The position numbers and the translations under genes are program-made. Below, piece after piece: positions 39,442-54,127 of a DNA stretch of 64,000 bases (position 1 is its first letter; every line of letters starts with the position of its first letter). The stretch is taken from assembly GCA_951406725.2 (NCBI GenBank), contig OX597837.1, forward strand, positions 45,446,001 to 45,510,000, written 5' to 3'. Origin of the DNA: Octopus vulgaris. Its lineage: Eukaryota. The notes beneath the pieces are model-generated. The model searched no databases. It had not been told where the DNA came from and was given only the letters and a program-made list of their open reading frames with translations.

Positions 39442-40249
39442 CGATAAATAGAAAATGTTTCTATCGACAAATGCAAAAATATATCTCGATAAATAGATAG
39501 AGGCGATAGATAGATAGCATTTTTGTGTCGAAGTATGTATGTCTATGTATGTATATATGTAAATATACACGCACGTGTACGTGTGTGTGTGTGTATGTGT
39601 GTGTTTGTAAGTGAATTAGTTATATATGAGCCCGGTAGTTTAAAGAAGATCAACTTTAGTTAATTCTCACCTATTTCCGATCTGATAATGGTATTATATA
39701 CGAGGACAATTTTGTGCTTTTTTTTTTATTTTGTTTCTTTTTTGTGGTTGGTGGAAAAGATTTTTTTTTTTGTCTTTCGGTATTTATATTTTTTTTCGAT
39801 TTTGTTTTTGGGGAAGAATTGCTGCCAAAATTTTTCAGTCTATAATCTTAAGAATATTTAGATATTATCCTGGGAAAACGTTTGACATATTTCTCGAAAA
39901 TTTTTCGAAATGTATGAAATATGTATTTATTTCTTGAGTGTATTCCAGAAACGGCTGAAATATTGTTAGAAGGAAACAAGCTATAAAATTCCTCAACAAA
40001 GGACTTGAAAATTAATCAAAGGAGCCTTTGTCCAATAAACTGTATTAAACTGTCTCAACTGATTCCCAGACAAATTAAATGCCAAACTTGTATATTCCTT
40101 CGAAAGTTCCTCTTCGAACTTTATATAGAAATAGACTTTTTTCCATCTTAGTGACTTCTTTCACTGGGCGCTGGATATTCTTGGCAATAGTTAATTAAAT
40201 AGGCCATATTACTCGTAGAGTAGATATGGCGGCGTGGTGGCAGAAATCA

Positions 40250-40400
40250 TGGCGACGAGCTGGCAGAATCGTTAGCACGCCGAGCGAAATGCTTAGCAGT
40301 ATTTTGTCTGCCGTTACGTTCTGAGTTCAAATTCCGCCGAGGTCGACTTTGCCTTTCATCCTTTCGGAGTCGATTAACCAAGTACCAGTTATGCACTGGG
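40250..40400 (+). mobile_element. SINE family A
   Basis: ggcgacgagctggcagaatcgttagcacg...gagttcaaattccgccgagg...aagtaccag. Confidence 0.9.
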
Positions 40401-40704
40401 TTCGTGCCTTTGCCGATCAGGGTGGCCCCTAATATGTAGGTTTCTTCGATTAGCTTTTCTTGGGCGTTCTCCTGTATCAGGAGGACTGAATCATTCGTGT
40501 ATTCACACATTTCAGGCACTAAATATTATTTTCTCTCATTTCACCCTCCCTTTCACTTTGTTTCTTCCCATCTTTTACGTTAACTCCCCCCCCTACAAAC
40601 TCTAAATTGTAAATTGTTCATATAATATGCGTTTCATTCGATGCCACAGTGGCAAATAAAAGAAATTATAATTATTACTATTATTATTATTATTATTATT
40701 ATTA

Positions 40705-40750
<46 letters not shown>

Positions 40751-40788
40751 CATTACTATTATTATTTTTATCATCATTATCATTATTA

Positions 40789-40823
<35 letters not shown>

Positions 40824-40866
40824 ATTATTATTATCATCATCGTCATCATCATCATCATCATCATTG

Positions 40867-40900
<34 letters not shown>

Positions 40901-41619
40901 CATCATCTTAACAAAATATGAATAATGTAACACTGGATATCAACAGTGTGTGAGTATATATATATTTTTTTTAGAATCTTTTCCTTGACTCTATTGCCTC
41001 ACATCAGCTTCGCCGCATGGAGTCAGATCAAATCGCTCACCAAAACATGTCCAACTCAAGAAAAAAAAACAAATAATTCTCTAAAATTTCCTTATATTTT
41101 AATATTTTTAAATGTTTGTTATTTTTGTATTTTATTTATGTAAAGATCTTCTAAAATATTCTCGGATAAAAAAAATATATTATTACTGATAATATTTCAT
41201 ACACCTGATAAAATTTTAGAACTAAATTTCAAAAATATTGCAAGAAGAAGCCCTGAAGGATTTTAAGTTTTCAATAAAACTGCTTTTTGAAATAAATTTT
41301 TTGAGAAAGTTTTCAGCTTCGTTACATTTCCGTTGAAGGAATTTCGAAAAATATTAGGCAAACGTCGATTTTCCTGTCAAAAATATTTAAATTTGTTGTA
41401 ATATGTAGGCTTAGGCATGGTTGTGTGGCTAAGAAGATCATTTTGCAGCCATATAGGTCCAGGTTCAATCCCATTGTGTGGTACTTTGCTTTGTCAATGG
41501 GAATGATAGACGTATAAATCCTTAAAAAAAATATATGTTTTAGCCCGAAGGCCGCGGCCATGCTGGGGCACCACCGCTGGATATGTATATATGTATATAA
41601 TATATATAAATATGTATAC

Positions 41620-41820
41620 TCTTTTTACTCTTTTACTTGTTTCAGTTATTTGATTGCGGCCGTGCTGGAGCACCGTCTTTAGTCGAGCAACTCGACCCCA
41701 GGACTTATTCTTTGTAAGTCTACTACTTATTCTATCGGTATCTTTTACCAAACCGCTAAGTTACGGGGACGTAAACACACCTGCATCGGTTGTCAGGCGA
41801 TGTTGGGGGGACAAACACAG

Positions 41821-41880
<60 letters not shown>

Positions 41881-42000
41881 GACGGGCTTCTTTCAGTTTC
41901 CGTCTAACCAAGTCTACTGATGAGGCGTGGGTCGGCCGGAGGCTATAGTGCAACAGTTTACGCAAGGTACCACGCAGTAGGACTGAACCCGGAATCATGA
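41620..42000 (-). mobile_element. SINE family B
   Basis: Reverse complement of the family B consensus seen elsewhere in the window. Confidence 0.88.
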
Positions 42001-42022
42001 CTACTCCTGTATTTATCGATAA

Positions 42023-42128
<106 letters not shown>

Positions 42129-42153
42129 GGATAGATAGATAGATAGATAGACT

Positions 42154-42277
<124 letters not shown>

Positions 42278-42747
42278 CCAACACACGGTGGTAGCAATAA
42301 TATACTATCATATTATAGTAGCAGCAATACCCAGCCTTCCTCAGGTGTATCAACTCCTAAAATGGAAAGAATTATACGAATTCGCTATATTTTGGATTAA
42401 TTGCTTAGAAGAGATGCTAAGAATCCTCAGTTGGTCTCGGAATATTGATTTACTCAGAACTGCTGCATCGAAGTAATTCCTTTTTTAGAAAGTATCAGAA
42501 AAAAACAAAGGCACATAGCCTATAGCTGTCTCCTTGCTATGAAGTTACTCTATGTAAAACTGCAGTTACCGAGGTGCCAAATTGTGGCCCACAACTTGGT
42601 AGCATGTATTCAAGCTGACAGGGTGAGTGTGCACACATACTCACACACCACGCGTGCATATGCGCACAAACATACACAGACACGCACATGCACACACACA
42701 CACACACACACATACACACACACACACACACATATATACATATATAC

Positions 42748-42780
<33 letters not shown>

Positions 42781-42907
42781 CATAGTATATATAATCCTTA
42801 CCGAATATGGTCATTTGCCCATCCTTTCGGGTCGATGAAAAAGTACTAGGTGAAATTTATTAATTTTATTAAATTAATTATATTTCACCCCTCTATGTGT
42901 ATCGAAT

Positions 42908-42973
<66 letters not shown>

Positions 42974-42989
42974 GTATGTACATATATAT

Positions 42990-43037
<48 letters not shown>

Positions 43038-43563
43038 GTATGTATGCATATATATATATATATATGTATGTATGCATGTATTTACGACGGGTTTCTTTCA
43101 GTTTCTATCTACCAGATCCACTCACAAGGCTTTGATCAGAAGACGAAGCACACATTGGGACCGAACCCGGAACTATGTGGTTGGGAAGCAAACTTCTTAC
43201 CCCACAGCCACGCCTGCGTCTATAACATTAGTGCCGTTGCTATTGTTGCTGTTGTTGTTGTTGGTGTTATCGCTGGTGTTGTTGCTTTTGCTGTCACCTT
43301 CAGTATTGCTGTTGTTGTTGTTGTTGCTGCTGCTGCTGTTGTTGTTGTTGTTGTTGTTGTTGTTGACAAAAAATCCTCAAAAACTAATAAAAAAAATTCT
43401 CTTCCCGTTGGATGAGGACATTAATTCACGCCCTGCACACATCTCCTCTCTCAGCTGGAAGTTTCTAGAATAAAGGCACTGATGTTCAATGGAGCGTGTC
43501 TTCTGCTCTGACTATTGTATTTGGCGCGAAATCCTACGCCATAATCATCATCGTCAGCCTCCC

Positions 43564-43594
<31 letters not shown>

Positions 43595-43711
43595 GCCATC
43601 ATAGACATCATCAACATCATCATCTTTACTATCATTGGTGGCTGCGACGTTATTGTCGGTTATCATCTCAACTATAATGGTCGTCGTCGTCGTAGCCGTC
43701 GTCCCAACCAC

Positions 43712-43760
<49 letters not shown>

Positions 43761-43872
43761 TGCAGCAGCGGTGATATGGTCGTTATCTACTCCATCAGTG
43801 TTATTGTCGTTGTTGTCGTCATCATCACCGTCATCAATCATCCTCATTGATACTATTATCATAACCGTCGCT

Positions 43873-43929
<57 letters not shown>

Positions 43930-44010
43930 GTCGTCGTCGTCGTCGTTGTCATCGTCATCATCATCATCATCATCTATCATCATCTTCACCACCACCACCA
44001 TTACCACCAC

Positions 44011-44049
<39 letters not shown>

Positions 44050-44684
44050 AATCATCACCATCACCATCACCTTCATCATCATAATCATCACCATCACCAT
44101 CACCATCACCTTCATCATCATCATCATCATCATCATCACCATTACCATCATCATCACCACCATCACCACCACCATCATCATCATCATCATCAGTCGCAGC
44201 AGCATCATATAGCAAACTCTAGAATCTCCCTCTGCAACCGTTGACAGAGCAACCAAGTCACCGCCACAAATCAGTTCCTTCAAATTAAAAAAAGAAAGAA
44301 GCAGGGAACATTGAATACACAATTTAGTCATTGTTATAGTGTGCTTAGGAAATACTGGATGGCCACCTTTGGCACGCCTTTAATAATATTCATTTTCGAT
44401 CATGTACGGCTTAAGACAAAACAATATCAGCAGCAGCACCTCCATACAGTCAATGTGCCCGACACGCCAGTTGTGCCCGACACGCCAGTTGTGCCCGACT
44501 CATCTGTTCATACATAGTTTTATGCCGAGACAAGTGTTAAGGGAAGACAACTCATTGGCGATCCCTACATCGTAAATTCATTTACAGTGATGAGGGCCTT
44601 ACATATGTGAACGTATGTGATACAGTTGAGTTTTAAAAATTCGAAGAAAGATTAATAAAGCAGGATTAAGTAAAAGCAAAAACG

Positions 44685-44945
44685 CTATGTCGATGAGGTT
44701 TAATAAGACCGAAGCATGTCCATTTTATTTTTTATATCAGTTGTTTATAAAGACAAAGGTCACTCCAATTGGGAAAAATTTGCCGATGAAAGTTAATAAG
44801 ACCGTGCATTTTTTATATATCAATTGTTTATAGACACAAAATGTACTCCAATTTGAAAACTTTGCCAGTTAGTTTTAACATTACCGAAAGATATCTATTT
44901 TCCATATCAGATGTTTATAAAGACAAAATTCATTCCAATTTGAAT
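44685..44945 (+). repeat. Tandem array of three 82-93-bp units, each with a degenerate hammerhead motif
   Basis: Unit 1 atg-TCGATGA-ggt(ttaataag)acc-GAAGC-AT-GTC-cat; unit 2 CCGATGA at 44783; unit 3 acc-GAAAGATATC; shared atatca.ttgtttata.agaca...ctccaatt. Confidence 0.65.
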
Positions 44946-45423
44946 CGTTCTTTTATCTTTGTTTTCCGACTATTTTTATTAGTAGATTTTTTATTGGAGT
45001 TATTTCCCCTATTTGCTGTATTTTGTTTTTAAACAGTCCAGAGGGAGACTTAGTCTATTAATTGAAGCAAGTTTGTGTGGTTTTTAACTCAATTTATTAC
45101 GTATCTGAGCCCACGTTGCATTTGTACAAAGTTTTTATAACGGCGCCATCGCAAAATATATTATGCTTTTTCCCTAAGCATAATATATTGTTTATCTTCA
45201 TATGCATTACTGTAAAACCTTTTAGTTGCATCAGTCATTGGACTGCGGCCATACTGGAGCACCGGGTGAAAGGTTTTTTTTTTTACCCGAACTTATTATT
45301 CTTTTTATGTCAGATACTAATCCTATCGCTATGTTATGGAGATGTAAACAAACCAACACCGGTTGTCACGTGTTTGCGAGATACAAGCACAAACATACAT
45401 ACATACATACATACATACATACA

Positions 45424-45510
45424 TACAAGGTGGTATCAGAAGGTTCCCGGAGTAGTTCTGTTGTGCAGCAACAGATGGCAGCACACGGTTGCGAACGCAG
45501 TGAAAACTAG
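45424..45510 (+). mobile_element. Mariner-type terminal fragment nested with SINE A inside SINE B
   Basis: TA|CAAGGTGGTATCAGAAGGTTCCCGG resembles mariner TIRs. Confidence 0.5.
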
Positions 45511-46003
45511 CGTAACTGTTACATATTTAATCGACCTCGAAAGGATGAAAAGCAAAGTACCTCGGCGGAATTTGAACTCAGAACGTAGCGGCAGGCGAAA
45601 TACTGCTGAGCATTTGGCCCAGCGCGCAAACGTTTCTGCCAGCTCGATGCAACGAAATTTGCTCACAAGACCACTCATTGGCTGGCACGGGGTATTACCC
45701 AAGGTACCATGAGCAGTAGGACTGAACTTCAAACTCTGTAAAGAGGAATCTCTAACTACGCAGCTGTGTTGCCTATGTCTACGTCCAGATTATCGAAGTA
45801 AACGTTCTGTGTTCTGCATTCAAAAGTCTGCCGATGTCGACATCGCATTTTCTCTTTCTGCCTGGGTCAATCTTATTCAGTCATACAAAGCAGTAGGTTA
45901 GTTCAATGGTTATTGACCGCAGCTGTCTGCTCTCGACTTTTAAACGGCCTGGTCTAACGCCAAAATTGAAAAACCAATATATACACACACACACACACAC
46001 ACG

Positions 46004-46035
<32 letters not shown>

Positions 46036-46179
46036 TGTATGTAATTTACGTAGGTATATGTATGTATAATGTACATATATATATATAAGTGTGTGTGTGT
46101 GTATTATCTGTTTATACATGTAATATATGAATCTATGTTTGTACATGTATGTATATATATATATATATATATATACATA

Positions 46180-46236
<57 letters not shown>

Positions 46237-46341
46237 CTATGTATATATATATATATATACCTATGTATGTATGTATGAATATATGTATGTATGTACGCAT
46301 GTATGTATATATGTGTGTATGTATGTGTGTATGTATGTATG

Positions 46342-46372
<31 letters not shown>

Positions 46373-46798
46373 GTATGTGTATGTATGCGTGTGATCGATA
46401 TTAAGATGTCTGGGTGCGTGGGTGTGAATTTTTATCAAAAGTATTACACACGAAAAAAACTCGCCTCACTCTCACTCATTTTTTATTCCAATATATTTCT
46501 TCTATTCACTATTTCAACATCCTGACACCATCCTCAATTGAATTATCTTTTACTTATAATATTGAATGTATGTGCATATGCATATGTATATATATTGAGA
46601 GAGAGGGGGGCGAGAGAGATGGAGAGAGGGAGGAAAAAAGAGAAGGTTACGGGGAGAGGGGGACGAGGAGAGGGGGAGAGGGGGACGAGGAGAGGGGGAG
46701 AGGGAGAGATAGAGACAAACAGACAGACAAACTAACAGATACACAGACAAAAGAGATGGATGGCTAGATAGATGGATGGATGGATGGATGGTTATAGC

Positions 46799-46829
<31 letters not shown>

Positions 46830-46902
46830 AGCTATATACCATTAAGGGAAACTACACCACGTACGAGTGCGTGGTATGTATTTATGCGTCTGCGCGTGTA
46901 TG

Positions 46903-47100
46903 ATATATAGTTAATCCAAACATGAAAGCACAAAAAAACACAACAACGCGAGGACGTAGAACAAGTATAGTATTATTGGACGCTCAGGAAAGAAGGAAAG
47001 AAGGAGGGTTTAACGTTTCGCGCGGAGCTCTTCGGCGGAATTTGAACCCAGATCATAAAGACGGACGAAATGCCGCTAAGTGCTTTTGTCCGACGTGCTA
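46903..47100 (-). mobile_element. Chimera: HHR mini-element (56140 family) fused to a SINE A fragment
   Basis: Minus strand ttCCGCCGA-A-gagc(tcc)gcgc-GAAAC-GTT-aaa (47009-40) shares cggcggaa with SINE A ctcggcggaatttgaac. Confidence 0.65.
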
Positions 47101-47851
47101 GTAAAAATAATTGTTTCTAATCTGGCCGCGAGAAAATTAGTTTGGACGGGTGGGGATTACTCGAATGTTGTGATGATGGTAATGGTGGCTTCGGTTGTAG
47201 CAGGAATGATAACGGTGATGATGATAATGGTGGTGGTGGTGGTGGTGGTGGTGGTGGTGTCGGTGGCGATGATGATGACTATAACGACGAAGATGCCGAC
47301 AGCGATTCGCGATGATGATAACGACAAATAAATGGCAAAATTAATTATTTTGTTTTGTTTTTGTTTTACGTTTATACATTTTTTTAATATTATATTTCAA
47401 TAATTATTTATGTTTTACTGAATATTAAAAAAAAATTAAAAAAACATGGCAGACAGAAAATATCTCAGATGAGCGTTGTGCATATTAAATAATAATATAA
47501 AAGGCATCTTTCAATAATATAATATAGGAAAATGAATGAAACTCCTCTCAACCGAAATTATCCATGCAATTGGTGGACAAATTTTCCCTGAATGGGTCTT
47601 TAAAATCTAAAAACATCCTGTAACAGTCGTCTCCATTTCACTATGGACAAACTACCGCAGTCAATGAAACACCGTTTAATTTTAAATATAAATACATCGC
47701 CATATTCCTCATTACCAAGACAAAAAAAATGCTCTTTTATTCTGCATTCCATACAAAATATTTCCTGATTTTGTCAATAAAATTTTGTATATTACCTCCA
47801 ATAGAAACAAATTCTTAATTTTAATATTTCATATACACACACATATGCATG

Positions 47852-47884
<33 letters not shown>

Positions 47885-47903
47885 ATTTATATACATATAT
47901 ATG

Positions 47904-47934
<31 letters not shown>

Positions 47935-47945
47935 GTATATATATG

Positions 47946-47977
<32 letters not shown>

Positions 47978-48130
47978 CATATATATGTATGTGTATGTAT
48001 ATATATATATTTATATATATATGTATGTGTATATGTATATATATATATTATATATACACATACATGCGTAATACATATACATACCTACATATTCATACAT
48101 ATATATACACATATGGATATGTATACACGT

Positions 48131-48178
<48 letters not shown>

Positions 48179-48184
48179 TATATC

Positions 48185-48317
<133 letters not shown>

Positions 48318-48479
48318 TATGTATGTATGTATATTTGAGATATATCTCAGCTTCTAGAGGCAATTTCACAGCAGTTTGTTGCGGAGAAAATGTTCTCACC
48401 ACAAAAAAAGAAAAAAAAACTACTGTGTGAGCGGTTGTGGTGGAGTGAGCGTTACTAGGAGGACAGAGGACAATACTTG

Positions 48480-49790
48480 CCATCTTATATTTTATTATCA
48501 CCAACATCAGCTTGAGGAGTGAAGAATTTATCGAAAGTTTTTCATTTTTTATGACGTATCATCTCTTTTAACAACTCACTGTAGGAACTGAACGCGTTAT
48601 AAACTCTTCTTTCAATTTTTATGTTATTTTCGCGTTTACGGTCATTATCAGCAAAAACCTGTAGACTTTTCTCCATAAGTGCCAACCCTTTATCAATAAT
48701 CTTAGTTGTCAATTTAAATGGTATAGGTTGGACTTCTCTTATCTCGTCTCTATTCTCAGCTTCTTCTTTTTCTACCAGTGTCAGCTTCGCGTTAAATAAA
48801 CATTTTCTCTGGGACACTGGCTACTCAATCACATCATTCTTTGCAAATATCACAATAGCTTTCCAAATTTTAAGTAGATTTTCTGCTTGAGGAAAACTTA
48901 TAATGTCAGGCTACAGTCTGGCCGTATATTTTCCCAAGCACCATTCAAAGTTCAAGGTTTCACTTCATCCCATGGCTCAGCTATATCATCCACACCATCC
49001 ATTATGCTGAATTTCTCCAAGAAATCTCTGGAACTTTATCCTCCTTGTTTGGTGCTTCTATAAGTTGTTCTTCTCATCTAATATGCCTTCAAGTTAGCTA
49101 TCATACCTTGATCCTTTGCTGGAGCAAAGAAGTTGCATTCTTGGGGATATATTCGGCGGTCACATTATCGGAAAGGTAATCTAAGCAGGTTGGGTGGTTC
49201 GATGCATTGCCTAAAATAAGCAATGCTTTGTGGGAAATATTATGTGTGGGACTGTACCTTTCTATGGTTGGACAAAAAACGTTCCTAAACCACTCTTTGA
49301 AAAGGCTCTTAGTCATCCATGCCTCCTTAAATCATGTGCTTCTTAAATCTTTCAAATTAGCCTCTCTTTTTCTAACCAAAAAGGATTTTACATTACAAGT
49401 CTTACCTTCCGTTTTTGTTCTGTTTTTTTTAAATCGTATAAACTTCTGGCTTTTTCCTTAATTATCATCGTGATTATCGGCGCTTGACGGCGCATTACAC
49501 GAAAGAGTTTTTTTTCCATTTTAAGCATTGCATTTAATCTATGAAAAAATAATGTCCTAGCAGTTAACGGAATAGCTTATTGAGCATCTGAACACTTGAC
49601 ATAATTTTTTCTTTGTTGTCAGGTATTGTTCCCACGGTAGTCGTTGCAAGATTCAACGTTTTGGCGATATAACTTTATTTTTTCTCCTGCATTAAGTCTT
49701 TGTAAAACAAGTCTAATATCCAACGTAATCCCTTTCCGGTTCCTTTTCGCACTACTACCTTCAGTTCTACTTGATAGCCTCGTTCCAGAC
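48480..49790 (-). mobile_element. Decayed Tigger/pogo transposase
   Basis: N-terminal KRKRKGITLD..IAKTLNLATTTVGTI (CENP-B-type HTH); DDE_1 region WMTKSLFKEWF..FCP..KALLILGNASNHP..YIPKNATSLLQ; C-terminal helix region. Confidence 0.9.
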
Positions 49791-50339
49791 AAAATTAATT
49801 GACGGTAAAAAACCCACAGCTGTGGCGATTAATTATCCACAACAAATATGTTGTAAAAAAATAATTGGCCCCGGAAAGGTCCTTTCGAAGTAAAAACGAA
49901 GAGCAACTGCCGAATGTTTACAGTTAGCTGAAGGTTCCCCAGATTTTATAAGCAGTTCATCCCTTGTACTTCTGATTTAAGACACGAACACACACACACA
50001 CACACACACACACATCTAGAGGCGTACATTCTGATATATGCTGTAGTCAGTTGGATTTAAGAGTTAGGGGGTTTGCTACTGATGGCAGTGCAGGTTGCAT
50101 TGAATTAGATGCTAATGATGGTAGATATTGTTGGTGTTGTGGTGATTGTATTGTTCTTGCCAGTTCTATTGTTGTGGCTGTTTAGTCTCGAGTCAGTCTC
50201 CATAGGCCTCAGATCAAAGGCATTCCCATTCAACTTTTGAAATACACCAGGATACCACATTCTGTGTTTTCCCTTGAAATGGATTTGCTCGACTTTGTTG
50301 TGTTAGTTCTGATAATTGAAACACCCTTGCACCCTTACA

Positions 50340-51073
50340 TACATATATGCATGCATGCATACATAATACATAATACATACATACATACATACATAAATGC
50401 ATGCATACATACATACATACATACACACATACATACATACACACATACATACATACATACATGCATGCATACATACATACATACATACGTACGTACGTAC
50501 GTACGTAAGTACGTACATACATACGTACGTACATACGTACATACATACATACATACATACATACATACATACATACACACATACATACATACACACATAC
50601 ATACATACATACATACATGCATGCATACATACATACATACATACGTACGTACGTACGTACGTAAGTACGTACATACATACGTACGTACATACGTACATAC
50701 ATACATACATACATACATACATACATACATACATACATACATACATACATACATACGTACGTACATACATACATACATACGTACGTACGTACATACATAC
50801 ATACATACATACATACGTACGTACATACATACATACATACGTACGTACGTACATACATACATACATACATACATACATACATACGTACGTACGTACATAC
50901 ATACGTACATACATACATACATACATACATACATACATACATACATACATACATACATACAAACATACATACGTACGTACATACGTACATACATACATAC
51001 ATATATACATACATACATACTTACATACGTACGTACATACATATATACATACATATATACATACATACATACA

Positions 51074-51107
<34 letters not shown>

Positions 51108-51280
51108 CATACATACATACATACTTACATACGTACGTACATACATATATACATACATATATACATACATACATACATACATACATACATACATACATAC
51201 ATGCGTACATACATGCATACATACATGCATACATGCATACATACATACATACATACATACATACATACGTACATAGATAT
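50340..51280 (+). repeat. (CATA)n/(CGTA)n tract with an internal ~156-bp duplication
   Basis: Variant block atgcatgcat...cgtaagtacg at 50461 and 50617. Confidence 0.9.
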
Positions 51281-51464
51281 GCATTCATATATGTATACCC
51301 ACCGTTATGTACATTATATATACATGTGTGCATGTGTGTGCATACATGAGCGTAACGTGAAGATAGTTTTTCAAATCGATAACTTTATACTTTGATCTTC
51401 ACCAAAAAGCAAGTGGCCATCGAGCTAAGCGGAAAATGTACTTTTAATTTCAGTTATTCTTTTA

Positions 51465-51686
51465 ATTGTTTCAGATATTAGATGTGGCCATGCTGGGGCA
51501 CCGATTTGAAGAAGTTTTTAGTCGAACGAATCGACTCCAGTACTTGTATTTTTGTAAGCCTGGGGCTTATTCTATCGGCGCCTTTTGCCGAACAGCTAAG
51601 CATACCAATTTCGGTTGTGAAGCAGTGGTGGGGACAAACAGACAGATAGACACACACACACATACATATATACATACATACATACA

Positions 51687-51752
<66 letters not shown>

Positions 51753-51785
51753 CATATATATTTACATACATATATATATACACAC

Positions 51786-51834
<49 letters not shown>

Positions 51835-52000
51835 TACATGCATACTACGGGCTTCTTTCAGTTTCCGTCTACTAAATCCACTTACAAAGCTTTAGTCGGT
51901 TCGTGGCTATAGTTGAAGGCACTTGCCTAAGGTATCACGCCGTATGACTGAACACGGAACCATGTGGTTGCAAACCAAACTTCTTATCCCACAGCCACAC
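51465..52000 (-). mobile_element. SINE family B
   Basis: Reverse complement of the family B consensus with an expanded internal microsatellite. Confidence 0.85.
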
Positions 52001-52004
52001 CAAT

Positions 52005-52135
52005 TCACAATTACGCACCCTGCGTTTCAGTAAAAGCGAAATTACTAGCGGTATCCCGAAATTAATGGTCACACTTCACAAGTTCTGTAAGGGCGAAATC
52101 TGTAACCCGAGTTAGCCGTAACGCGGGAGGTTCTG
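52005..52135 (-). mobile_element. Probable 5' TIR region of the Tigger element
   Basis: Minus strand TA|CAGAACCTCCCGCGTTACGGCTAACTCGGG, Tigger-like terminus; separated from the ORF by microsatellite and SINE insertions. Confidence 0.55.
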
Positions 52136-52734
52136 TATGTGCATGTATATGTGTTCGCGCGCGCGTGTCTGTGGGTATGAAGATGCAAGGCCTAGTGATT
52201 AGAGTGTTACACTCACCATAGGGAGATCGTGGTTTCAATTCCTAGATCAGGTAGTGTGTTCTTGAGCAAAACACTTCATCTCACTTGCTCTGCATTCATT
52301 TTGTGCAGATAACATCAAACCAAATTTCCCAGTCTTCCCTTTCTACCAGTGCAAAGACGCAATCTCTCAACTAGAACGTTTAAATAAAGAAACTTTTTTT
52401 CATTGAAAAATACAGAACATGTCTTAATATGCTCGCATAGCCAACTTTTATCTTTTTACATATTTCAATTCACGATTACATCACTGTACATAAATCCCCT
52501 CACTAAACAAGGTTTTTTCAAACTTGTCGCCGTCTGTGCACATATATATTCCCATCCCATTACCGAAAGCTGAACAGTTATCTCCCTTACCCACAACAAT
52601 AACAATAATAACGACAACCAGTTACCTCCCTTTATTTATCTACTTGTGAAGTCGTTCACTCGTGAATTTCTTCACACACAACATGGACAAAATTTTTCTT
52701 CAGAAAAAATATATATTCAAATAAGTAAAACATA

Positions 52735-52769
52735 ATATCATGAATAGCGATAGCGAAACCGGTCGATAT
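52735..52769 (+). ncRNA. Degenerate minimal hammerhead
   Basis: atatc-ATGAATA-gc(gata)gc-GAAAC-CG-GTC-gatat; helices intact, two core changes. Confidence 0.55.
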
Positions 52770-52872
52770 ATTAAAAATTATATTAAAACTATATAAGTGT
52801 ACGTATTTTCCTTTTTTTAATTTCTTATATACTCACCACGTAGGAATAATCGAAATTCCTCTTTTCTGCTAC

Positions 52873-52959
<87 letters not shown>

Positions 52960-53379
52960 GATAATTCGAAACACTTGGCCCTTTAATCACTGTAGCTCGT
53001 TAACCAATATAAAATGCAAATGAGTTGCATATCTCCCATTTATTAAAACTAAAAGTATATATACGATTATACATAACATATAAGTCTTTAATATATATAT
53101 GTATGAATGTATGCATGTATTATGTGTATGTATGTATGTATGTATGTATGTATATATGTATGTATGTATGTATACATTTATATACTTGTGCCATTATATG
53201 TTCATTGCAGCTGCCTTTACAAGAATTTTCTATTTATTTCTTCATAAAAATTCTTCATAGAAACTTTTCAATGGAGAACCAGTTTATCTGTAGAATTTGT
53301 TCGATAAAAGTTTTTATAACTAACCTCCAAATATTTGTCTTCAAATACTGCATTCACTGAACATGCCTCTGTTTTATTA

Positions 53380-53452
<73 letters not shown>

Positions 53453-53601
53453 GTCAAAACTTTACCGCAGTAGTCGATTTCTGCCACTGACTTATAATTA
53501 TCTCAGATATTAAACTGTTATCCAATACTGATTTCTGAAAGAAACCCAAGCAGTGTTGGGGTGGTTATAGTCGATTATATAATGTTCTCCATGTTTCATT
53601 G

Positions 53602-53863
53602 AGTGGAGGCACATGGCCTTGCGGGTTCGAATCTCAGACCGGGGGGATGTGTGTGTTTATGAGCGAAACACCTAAGCTGCACGCGGCTCCGGCAGAAGGT
53701 AATGGCGAACTTCTGCTGACTCTTTCGCCACAACTTTCTCTCACTCTTTCCTCCTGCATCTCGCAACTCACAGGGGTCCCGTCCAGGTGGGGAACCTATA
53801 CACCAAGGAAACCGGGAAACCGGCCCTTATGAGCCAGGCGTGGCTCGAGAAGGAACAAACAAA
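53602..53863 (+). mobile_element. SINE family C with internal deletions and a 15-bp TSD
   Basis: TSD ctccatgtttcattg at 53587-53601 and 53864-53878. Confidence 0.92.
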
Positions 53864-54127
53864 CTCCATGTTTCATTGGCACTGCATATATCGCTTCAAT
53901 TAGGACAAAAGACGAAGATGATCTTGGCCCAGATTTGAAAGTAGAACATAAAGTATGTTATACATGTAATGATTTGTTTTTGAGGCACAAATACATAAGT
54001 TTAACGGGAGAAAAATTAACCGTATATAAGCCGCAAAAGAACGAAGGGTAAATTCGCCTTTAGTTGATTTGCACTTAGAATGTAAAGCCACAAAATGCAT
54101 ATACATACACACACACACATATAATCG

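Noticed and set aside
41916-41940. CTGATGA-ggc...gcc hammerhead-like start
   Set aside because: Mutated SINE B sequence; no GAAA follows
43489-44244. His/Asp-rich ORFs suggesting a metal-binding or biomineral protein
   Set aside because: (CAT)n microsatellite open in several frames, no splice or start context
44454-44499. 18-bp tandem repeat (VPDTPV x2.5)
   Set aside because: Short minisatellite; no spacers, so not CRISPR, and no exon evidence
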